Shown piece by piece: positions 49,454-59,449 of a DNA stretch of 64,000 nt (the first letter of the stretch is position 1; each line of letters starts with the position of its first letter). The position numbers and the translations under genes were made by a program. The notes under the pieces were generated by a model. That model saw nothing but the letters and a program-made list of their open reading frames with translations. It had not been told where the DNA came from and made no database searches. The DNA lies in the NCBI GenBank assembly GCA_038087875.1, contig CM076001.1, forward strand, positions 1,736,001 to 1,800,000, in the 5' to 3' direction. This DNA is from Malacoraja senta (Eukaryota).

Positions 49454-52400
49454 GGTTAGTATACTTTAGTTTAGTTTAGTTTGGTTTACTTTAGTTCAGT
49501 TTAGTTCAGTTTAGTTTAGTTTGGGGACACAGCGCGGAAACGGGCCCTTCGGCCCACCAAGTCCGCGCCGCCCTGCAATCCCCGCACATTAACACTATCC
49601 GAAACATACGATGGATAATATACATTTATAGAAAGCCAATTACCCTTCACAACTGCCCGTATTTGGAGTGTGGGAAGAAACCCTAGATCTCGGAGAAAAC
49701 CCACGCAGATTATGGGGAGAAGATACAAACTCCGTACAGTCAACAGCCGGAGTCGGGATCGAACTCGGGTCTCTGGTGCTAACAGCGCTGTTGGGCAACA
49801 GCTCTACCGTTGCGCCACCGTGGTGAAAATCACTGACGAATATCCACGAGGTCAAACTCTGATTATGAAAGGGAAATTGGAAATATCCCACGCTGTAGGA
49901 ACAGTCAAAGCGAGCACGGAATAATAATGGAGCTGATTCAGAGAGTAGGGATCCGGTGTGTGAGCCAAATTACCTTACTCGGTTCTGTAACATTTTGTAA
50001 TTGGTTCTTACCGTTATAACAATAGAACTAGTCATTCTCCCCACAGCTTGACTGAAGTGTATCCCTTCCTGGATATGGTTAAGGGTCAATAGTGATGGGT
50101 TGGCATTTAAGGCATAATGTAACAAGGTCATGTGATAGGAGTATAATTAGGCCATTCGATCCATCAAGCTTACTCAATGATAGCTAAACTATCTCACCTT
50201 CAGAACCCCATTCTCCTGCCTTCTCCGCAATAACAATAACCTCTAATAATAATAATAATGGATTGGATTTATATAGCGCCTTTCTAATACTCAAGGCGCT
50301 TTACATCGCATTATTCATTCACTCCTCAGTCACACTCGGTGGTGGTGAGCTACTTCTGTAGCCACAGCTGCCCAGGGGCAGACTGACGGAAGCGTGGCTG
50401 CTAATCTGCGCCTACGGCCCCTCCGACCACCACCAATCACTCACACACATTCACACGCAGGCAAAGGTGGGTGAAGTGTCTTGCCCAAGGACACAACGAC
50501 AGTATGCACTCCAAGCGGGATTCGAACCGGCTACCTTCCGGTTGCCAGCCGAACACTTAGCCCATTGCGCCATCTGTCGTCCCTCTAACGCCTCTACTAA
50601 TCAAAAATCTATCTATCGCTGCCTTATTTTCCCCCTGACATGGCCTCCACAGCCTTCTGCGTTTGACAACTGGAAGGTCATCTTTTAAGTGCAATTTACA
50701 CAACCCGGGATAAATGATTTGCCCTCTATGTATTAAGAGTTGTTTTTTCTTCACTAGGCCATGTCCTTCTACGTTTTACTTTCATTTTATTCAAGAACAG
50801 TTTTGATTTTCGATCTTGGTCGCCCGCTTTTTGCTGCTTGCGGTTGATATTTTCCCCTCCCGAGAACCGTTTCAACAGGTCTGCCAGCTGTCGTTTGATT
50901 TCAGTTTGTGGAATGTTTACAGAGGGTCCAGCTTCACTCGCAGCCCATCTACTCTCCTGCCAAACTCCCTCTGTTTCCTGGAAATAAGAAAGAGGTTTTT
51001 CCCAGGCTCTCACACGCAGCGGGCGTGGATCAAGCCCATAAATTCTATGGGACAAATTCCTAAGCCAGTTGTAATGATAACGCGGTTAGCATGGCTTCAA
51101 TAATTGGTAAGTTTTTAGAGTCCATTAGTAAAAATGAGGTTCCAGTTACCTTGAAGCACATGATAAAATCGGCGAAGTCAGCAAGGGGGGGCCTTGCCTG
51201 TCAAATCTGTTGAAATTCTTTGTGAACGTAACAAGCAGGATGGGCAAAGGGAAGTCAGAAATGCTTCTTACTTAAAATTTCTGATGCATATTAAACGGTG
51301 CAGGACGCGAAGCGGCTAATTAAGATAGGAGTATTGGTGATAGAGATAAGGTATCAGTGTGGATAGAGGACAGGCTGATCGTTTCAGGTCAAAAAGTTGG
51401 AATAAAGGTGATCTTTTCCGCTTTCTGCCTTTGACTAATGGATCAATGTTGGGTCCACTACTTTTCCCGTTCTATGTTTACGATCTGGATGATGGAATTG
51501 ATGGCTTTGCGGCTGATATCGCGGACGATGCCAAAAACAGGTGAATGGGGCAGGTAGTGTTGAGTAAGCATGGAGTCTGCAGAGTTACTTGAACAGGTTG
51601 GAAGAAGGGGCAAATAAGTGGAAGATGGAATACCACACAGCACATTATACAGGCATGCACTTTGGCGGAAGGAATAACGATGTCGACTAATTTCTAAATG
51701 GCGAGTGGATTCAGAAATTAACTTGCAAAGGGACTTGGGAATGCTAGTGCGGGACTTCCAAACCGTGAATTTGCAGAGTGAATCGGTGATGAGGGAGACA
51801 ATTTTAATTTTAGCATTTATTTCGAGATGATTAGAATATAAAAACAGGGATATAATGTAGTTGTTTTTAAGACACTGATTTGATCACATTTGGAGTATTG
51901 TGAGCAGTTTTGGGTCCCGTATCTGAGGAAGGATATGCTTGCCTTGGAGATTGCCAAGCGGAGGTCTACGAGAATTATTCAGGGGACCAATCAGTCACGC
52001 ATAAGAAGCGTTTGCCAACTCCAAGCTTACACACGCTGGACTTTAGATTGATGCAGAGGTGGGGGTCATAGAAACTTTCCGGATATTGAAAGGCCTAGAC
52101 AGAGTGGATGAGGAAAGTGCTGAAAACTCCAATGAGCCAATTGAAATGCCAGGTCAGCGAAGGAGATTGCCTACTGCTGCCCTCGACTGCCTGAAACTAA
52201 ATAGCGACCCCACTCCACAGCCAGCTCAAAAGAATCATGCCGACCATTTTTTACTCGCGTAACATTTTTCAACCTGCTGAATTTTTTTCCGCAACCTAGC
52301 TGAGGCAGCCAGTCGGCGGGAAAATCCCTCGAGCATGAAAGAGAGTTCCAGTGACCTCATAGGTCCTCCAAGGACCACGTGTCGACCATGCTGCGAGTTT

Positions 52401-53608
52401 GAGTCCAGGGTTTGCTTCTCTGCCTTATGGTCTTTGTCTTTGTTTTGAATGTGGGCATCGCTGTTAAGGCCAACAGTCGTTGCCCGATAGCATCAAAAGT
52501 AATGATTCCAAGCTGTTGAAATGTAATCTGCTCCGACGACGAAACAATGACATTCTAACTTGTAAATGCACACAGGCCTAGACATTGAATATTTTAATCA
52601 GATAATAGAGTCATAGAGTCATGGGGTGATACAACGCGGAAACAGTCTCTTCGTCTCACGTTGCCCACACCGGCCAACATGTCACAGCTACATTAGTGCC
52701 ACCTGCTCGCCTTTGGTCGAAATCCATACAAACCTGTCCTGTCCATGAACTTGTTTAACTGATTCTTAAACAGTGGGATAGTGCCAGCTTCAACTAGGTC
52801 ATCTGGCAATATTTTCTATACACCCACCACACTCCGTGTGAAAACGTTACCCCTCAAATCCTATTAAATGTTCCCCTTCAGCTTAAACATAAATCCTCCG
52901 ATCCTCGACTCACCTACTCTGCACAAGAGACTCTGCGTATCTACCCGATCTTTTCTTCCCATGATTTTATACACCTCCATACGATCAGCCCATTCCTCTC
53001 ATAATATATGATACACAAACTAACGCAATAATTTAACGGCCCCAATCCTAGAATCAAAACCCCCCCCACCCCAAATCCTTTGCATAACGCTAGACAATTA
53101 TGAAAGGTTTATGAACACAAAGTGCTGCAGTAACTTGTGGAGCAAGAGGGTGAGCAATTCGCATAGTGCTTTGCAGCCAACAGAGTGGTGACCGGTTGCA
53201 AGCCGACTGTTTGGAGGTAGGAATAACTCCGCGGTTCAGGCAGCAATTCCGGAGAACCTTGATTGCCGACATTTGGTGTCTAGAATTCAGAATCCGATTT
53301 CAGCGTCCGTAGTTGCTTGTGTCTGCATAGAATTTCATAGCTGTGGTTAGCGCTGTGCGGTGTTCCTGACCCTGATTGTTTTGGGGAAGTAGCTATTCTT
53401 GAACCTAAATAACTATGTGCTCCCGGGGAGCCCTACATATCCTCTCATTGAACTCACGCGTACCGCCACATCTGGACCAAGTTGCTGGAACCCTTTATAA
53501 ATATAATCTGTTTCAATCGGAAAGCAATTGATGCCTCATGAACAAATATTAAACGAAACTGAATATTTCCAAGAACATCCGTGGATGAGAGAGGTTTAGG
53601 GCACTTAC

Positions 53609-54162
53609 CGGGTTTAACAGTCACCGTCGTCCCCGTCCCATACTGATGGTAAGTCTTCCAGGGATCCCACTGCCTCCTCCACTTGTACTCAGCTTTACAG
53701 TAATATGTGGCCATGTCCTCAACTCTCAAACGAATAATTTTCAACGTAAATGTATTTTTCTCTTTATTTGTCGACACAACAAACCTTTCGGCTTTTGTGA
53801 TCCGCTGCCATTCTGCACCGGGCTGTGAACGCTTGACGAAATTTCCAGCCTGAAATTTGTAATCACCCCAGGAACTAACTTGGAAAAGGCAGGTGATGGT
53901 GACGGGCTGACACACGTTTCCGGTCACCGCATTCGGGCTCTGGGCCACTGACTGACTGAAGGGGTCTGTTGATTAAACACAGGGAGAGGTGAGTGGGATT
54001 TCGAGGCAAACCACGGAGGAAGGATAAATCGCGGACAGTGTTTGAAATGCAGGTCGGAGTGGACTCGAGTTGTTTTATGTTAAACCCGCACTGTGTGGGA
54101 ATAGGGGACCGATACTCACGGCGTAAGCAGAGTGACAGCACAAACAACAGGAGGATTCCCAT
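53609..54162 (-). CDS. Cassette D: pre-joined NAR V-D-J gene with intact ORF but no own promoter (leader 54120-54162, joined exon 53609-53965)
   Basis: 357-nt open exon ...YYCKAEYKWRRQWDPWKTYHQYGTGTTVTVKP with intact splice sites; homology to B's upstream region stops ~10 bp 5' of the ATG. Confidence 0.85.
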
Positions 54163-54840
54163 CGCGCCTTCTCGATTCACCTACTCTGCACAAGAGAATG
54201 CGCACCTACCCGATCTATTCTTCCCATGATTTCATACACCTCCGTGCGATCACCCCATTGTCTCATAATATATGACTCACAAAATAACTCAATAATTTAA
54301 TGGCCACAATCCAGGAGCATGAAAACACCCAAATCCTTTGTATAGCAGGGACAATTATGAATAGTTTATGTACACAAAGTGCTGGAGTAACATGTAGAGC
54401 AAGAGGGTGAATTCGCACAGTGCTTTGGAGCAAGCCGGCGGTTTGGTGGTACGAATAACTCCGCAGGTCAGGCAGCATTTCAGGAGAACATTGATAGCCG
54501 ACATTTGGTATCTAGACTTCAGACTCCGATTTCAGCGTCCGCATTTCCTTGTGTCTGCTTAGAAATTCATAGCCGTGGTTGGCACTGTGTGGTGTTCCCG
54601 ACCATGATAGTTTTGGGGAAGGAGCTATTCTTGAACCTGATTTACTTTGTGCTCTCGGGGAGCCCGACATATACTCTCCTTGGACTCATGCGTACCGAAA
54701 CATCTGGACCAAGTTGCTTGTACCCTTTATAAATAGAATCTGTTTCAATTGGAAAGCAATTAATGCCTCGTGATCCAATATTAAAGGGAACTGAATATTT
54801 CCAAGAACAGCCGTGGATAAGAGAGATGTAGGGTACTTAC

Positions 54841-54898
54841 CGGCTGTGAAAGTCACCGTAGTCCCCGTCCCATCCTGATTGAAAGTGGTCCATGGATC
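54841..54898 (-). CDS. Cassette E: unrearranged NAR-type J segment
   Basis: DPWTTFNQDGTGTTVTFTA, donor G|GTAAGT, preceded by an RSS. Confidence 0.9.
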
Positions 54899-54937
54899 CA
54901 CAGTGCCCCGTCTCTCGATGCTCGCAGTACAAGAACA
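54899..54937 (-). other. 23-spacer RSS 5' of J (cassette E)
   Basis: Plus strand CACAGTG, 23 nt, ACAAGAACA. Confidence 0.88.
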
Positions 54938-55239
54938 GTTCTCATCTCGATTTGCCCGGCAACCATAACAATCGCCGTCCAATTATTCCAGGAGTTTCAG
55001 ACAAAACCAGCAATTGTCCTTGCTCCCCAATCCTCGGTGGGTCGACCGGTTCCCGCTAAGAAACAGAGCTAAGAGCAGAGTGATCTCCTGGTGTGCTTTG
55101 ACAAACACGGAACCAATTATTAAGGAATGTTAACGGAATGTGGTAATCCCTATGCATTTTTAACTGGACTACAGCGTCACGAACAACAATCGGTTGTTTT
55201 TGGTTCCGGAACCCAAGAACATATATCTTGAATGGGGTG

Positions 55240-55311
55240 AGTTTTTACTCGACTCTCTTCCACTGTGGATACCCCATTGCCACACGTTGTTTCACGCCAC
55301 CTACAAATCCC
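55240..55311 (-). other. Cassette E: D segment (55268-55282, TGGCAATGGGGTATC) with flanking 12-RSS
   Basis: 3' signal CACAGTG, 12 nt, GTAAAAACT (55240-55267); 5' signal degenerate CACGTTG, 12/13 nt, (T)ACAAATCC(C). The exact 5' D boundary is uncertain by 2 nt. Confidence 0.8.
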
Positions 55312-55633
55312 CATGCGCCCGGCGAGACGGGCGGGCAGGAGATTAACGTTCAGCAACTGCATTTTTCAGATTGCATCTTTGGTAACTGGATCCCGTCTGG
55401 AGTTGTGCATTAGAAGAGCGGTAAGTCATTCTCGATGGCAGTTCGGTGACACCGTTTTCGGTAAAGCGGGCATTATCCAGCCGCACTCGCCAAATAGGGA
55501 AACCCCATTGTTGAATCGCACGCATTTCATCCGTTACAACCTAAAATGCAGGGCAGGCGGGACAAAGCGGGACCGTGGGTTACCCGGTGGATTCACCTCG
55601 CGTCTTCACGTTGCTACTAGAATATGCCGTCAG

Positions 55634-55671
55634 GGTTTTTGTATTGCTGGAACCGCAGGCCCATCACTGTG
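55634..55671 (-). other. RSS (22-nt spacer) of cassette E V
   Basis: CACAGTG, 22 nt, ACAAAAACC. Confidence 0.93.
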
Positions 55672-56161
55672 TATTCTCCATCTGTACTCAGCTTGACAGT
55701 GATATATGGCCATGTCCTCAACTCTCAAACCACGAATTTTCAACGTAAAGGTCTTTTTCGCTTTATTGGTCGACACAACGACCCCTCCACCTGTTGTGAT
55801 CCGCTGCCGTTCAGCACCGGTTTGTGCTTGCTTGAAGAAACGTCCTACATTAAATTCGTAGCTGCCAGTGGAACCTTCTTGGAAAAGGCAGGTGATGGTG
55901 ACGGGTTGACACTCGTTTCCTGTCACCGCATTCGGGCTCTGGGTCACTGACTGACTGAAGGTGTCTGTAGATGAAACACAGGGAGAGGTGAATGGGAATT
56001 CGAAGCGAACCACGGAAGAAGGATAAATCGCGAACAGTGCTTGAAATTCAGGTCAGAGTGTACTCGAGTCGTTTTATGTTAAACCCGCACGGTGCGGGAA
56101 TAGGTGACCGGTACTCACGGCGTAAGCAGAGTGGCAGCACAAAAAACAGGAGGATTCCCAT
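55672..56161 (-). CDS. Cassette E: unrearranged NAR-TCR V gene (leader 56119-56161, V exon 55672-55964)
   Basis: Leader MGILLFFVLPLCLR, 154-bp intron, open V with FR1 Cys (TGNEC) and both canonical Cys (IYHC). Confidence 0.88.
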
Positions 56162-57806
56162 CGCGCGTTTTCCGGAAAAAATGGTTTACGTGACAAGAGG
56201 CTGGAGCCCAGGTCCCCCGACAGATCCTGCACCTGTCCCGGAGAACTGAGCGGGAACCTCAGCTGGTCTGTTCGTTTCGGTGCGGGCGGTGTTCTGTGAA
56301 TGTTTGAAAATCGATGTGCGAGGTTAGGGAGTGTTTGAGAAGGGGATCGTTAAATCTGCTGGTTTGTTTCGTGGCCTGGCATCTGCTGTGAAGCATCTGA
56401 TGTGGCTCTGACGATTCTCTGACGTTCAGTAGACCATTTGAACCATTCAGGCAACTGAACATATTGGTTTAGTAGATAGGGTGAATGCCCAGTCACCTCT
56501 CCAATCGGCCGGAAGATATAGAAGTGTGCAAACTCACACCTCCAGATTTAGGGACAGTTGATTCCCTGCAGTAACCAGGCAACTGAACCATCCTAACACA
56601 ACTAGAGAGCAGTCCTACAGTACTACCTACCTCATCGCTGACCCTCAGCCTATCCTTATCGGAATTTGTTAGCTTTATCTTGCACTAAACTGTATTCCCT
56701 TATCATGTATCTGCACACTGTGAATGGCTCGATTGTTACCATGTATTGTTTCTGCTGACTGGTTAGTGTGCACCAAACGTTTATCTCCGTACCTTGCTAT
56801 ACGTGACAATAAACTCAACTGAACGGGTGGCGGAGATGTTTTGTCAGCAGAGGCTGGCGCTCCCATGTTCAACTCCGGAATAATGCAGGAAGGCCAGTGC
56901 AAGGCCTGTTTATTTGTTTGTTTGATGAGAGGCTGTACGGCCAAAGGTCGTGGGAATTGCTGCACCGCGGCTTATAACATCGACGAAAGGTCAATGCGAG
57001 GCCACAGTCGGGCTGGGTACCGGTATCCCTCCGAATGTCAATGAGCCAGTGAAAGGGAACACGCAGACTGCAATTAATGCAGTCACCTGCAGGGATCGAG
57101 AACTAAAGAAGCATAGAAAATAGGTGTAGGTCTAAGTCATTCACCTTTCGAGACAGCACTGCCATTCAATATGAACAAGGCGTTTGGGCACAGGAGGTGG
57201 GGTAGATCTGTTGGTGAGGGATGAAATGCACTCCCTTACGAGGGTTGACAGAGGGACTGAATATGTAAAGTAGCTGTGGATAGAATTGAGGAATTGAAAA
57301 TGTAAGACGACAATGGGAGTTATTTGCAGGCGCCCAAACAGTGACCTGGATATAGGGTGCAAGTTGCAGCAGGAATTAAAATTGGCATGTAACAAATGTA
57401 ATGCCACTGTTGTTATGGGAGGTTCAAAAAATGCAGGTAGACTGGGAAAATGAGGTTGGTTCTGGAACCCAAGAAAGGGAGTTTGTAGAGTGCCTCTAAG
57501 ATGGATTTTTAAAACAGCCTGTATTGGAGCCTACAAGAGAGTAAGGGAAATCTAGGTAAGGAACCGCTAGGAGGTAGTGACCATAATATGATCAGTTTTA
57601 AACTGCAATTTGAGAGGGAGAAGGTTAAATCAGAATTGTTGCAGTTGATCAAAGGGGACTATGACGGCATGGGAGAAGAGCTGGCCAAGGTCGTCTGGAA
57701 AATGATCCAAACAGGAATTACGGAGAAACAGCAACAGCAGGCATTTCTGGGCATTATGCAGAAGATGCAGGATCATTTCATTTCATTCCAAAGATGAAGA
57801 AATATT

Positions 57807-58325
57807 CTGATAGTAAGTCTTCCAGGCATCCCACTTCCTCCTCCACTTGTACTCAGCTTTACAGTAATATGTGGCCATGTCCTCAACTCTCAAACCACGA
57901 ATGTTCAACGTAAAGGTCTTTTTCGCTTTATTGGTCGACACAACAACCCGTCCGCCTGTTGTGATCCGCTGCCATTCTGTAACGGGCTGTGAATGCTTGA
58001 AGAAATGTCCAGCCTGAAATCTGTAATCACCCCAGGAACTAACTTGGAAAAGGCAGGTGATGGTGACGGGCTGACACACGTTTCCGGTCACCGCATTCGG
58101 GCTCTGCGCCACTGACTGACTGAAGGGGTCTGTTGATTAAACACAGGGAGAGGTGAGTGGGAATTCGAGGCAAACCACGGAGGAAGGATAAATCGCGGAC
58201 AGTGTATGAAATGCAGGTCGGAGTGGACTCGAGTTGTTTTATGATAAACCCGCATTGTGTGGGAATAGGGGACCGATACTCACGGCGTAAACAGAGTGAC
58301 AGCACAAAAACAGGAGGATTCCCAT
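57807..58325 (-). pseudogene. Cassette F: pre-joined NAR V-D-J pseudogene
   Basis: Same joint (WRRKWDAWKTYYQ), but J is cut after TAC TAT CAG and fused to CR1 sequence, losing GxG and the donor; the leader exon is 42 rather than 43 nt (one T lost), which frameshifts the V exon. Confidence 0.85.
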
Positions 58326-59449
58326 CGCGCCTTCTCCGGGAATAAATGGTTTACGTGACGAGATGCTGGAGCCCAGGTCCCCCGACAGCTCCTGCAGCCT
58401 ATCCCGGAGAACTGAGCGGCAACCTTAGCTGGTCTGTTCGTTTAGGTGAGGGTGTTGACCTGGGGATTTTTGAAAAAATCCCAATCGATGTGCGAGGAGT
58501 GGAAGAGTTCGAGAAGGGGATCGTTAAACCTGCTGATTTGTTTGGTAACCCGGAATAAGATGTTCAACATCTGATGTGGTTATGACGTTTCTCTGACGTT
58601 CAGTGGACCATCTGAACCATTCAGGCAGCTGAACAATGAGGGTAGTCGATAGGGTGTACGCACAGTCCCCTCACCCATTGGGCAGAAGAGATAGAAGTGT
58701 GTAAACGCACACCTCCACATACTGGGACAGATCCTTCCCAGCGGTATCAGGCAACTGAACCATCCTAGCATAACTAGAGAGCAGTCCTGCAACACTATCC
58801 ACGTCGTCGCTGAGCATCGGACTATCCTTATCGGACTTTGCTGGCTTTATCTTGCACTATACTTTATTCCCTTATCACGTATCTGTACACTGTGAATGGC
58901 TCGATTGTTACCATGTATTGTCTCTCCGCTGACTGGTAAGTATGCAACACACGTTTCTCTCTGTACCTTGTTATACGTGACAATAAACTAAACTGAACGA
59001 ATGGCGGAGGTGTTTTATCAGCAGAAGCTGTCGCCCCCCTGTGCAACTCCGCAATAATGCAGGAAGGCCAGTGCAAGGTCTGTTTGTTTGTTTGATTGAA
59101 GAGAGGCTGCACGGCCAAAGGTAGCGGGAATTGCTGCACCGCGGCTTATATGATCGACGACAGTCGGTCTGGGTACCTGGATCCCTCCGAATGTCATCGA
59201 GCCGGTGAAAGGGAACGCACAGATTCAAATTAATGCATTCACCTGCAGGGATGAGGAAACATAGAAACATAGAAAATAGGTGTAGGAGTAAGCCAATCTA
59301 CCTTCGATCCAGCACCGCGGTTCAATAAGAGCAAGGCAGGTCTGTAGGTGAGGTGCGGTAGAACTGTTGGTGAGGGGTGAAATTCAGTCCTTTGCGAGGG
59401 GTAACAGAGGGACTGACGATGTAAAGTGGCTGTGGATAGAATTGAGGAA

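Larger units (their letters stand above)
47203..54172. repeat. Segmental duplication, paralog of ~26854-35390
   Basis: Co-linear, visibly high identity, with indels (939-bp deletion at ~49450; extra sequence at ~51880-52020 and ~52260-52850). Confidence 0.92.

Noticed and set aside
57783-58112. F read-through ORF ending ...KTYYQNISSSLE* as a secreted single-domain V
   Set aside because: The leader is frameshifted and the final beta-strand of the domain is missing.
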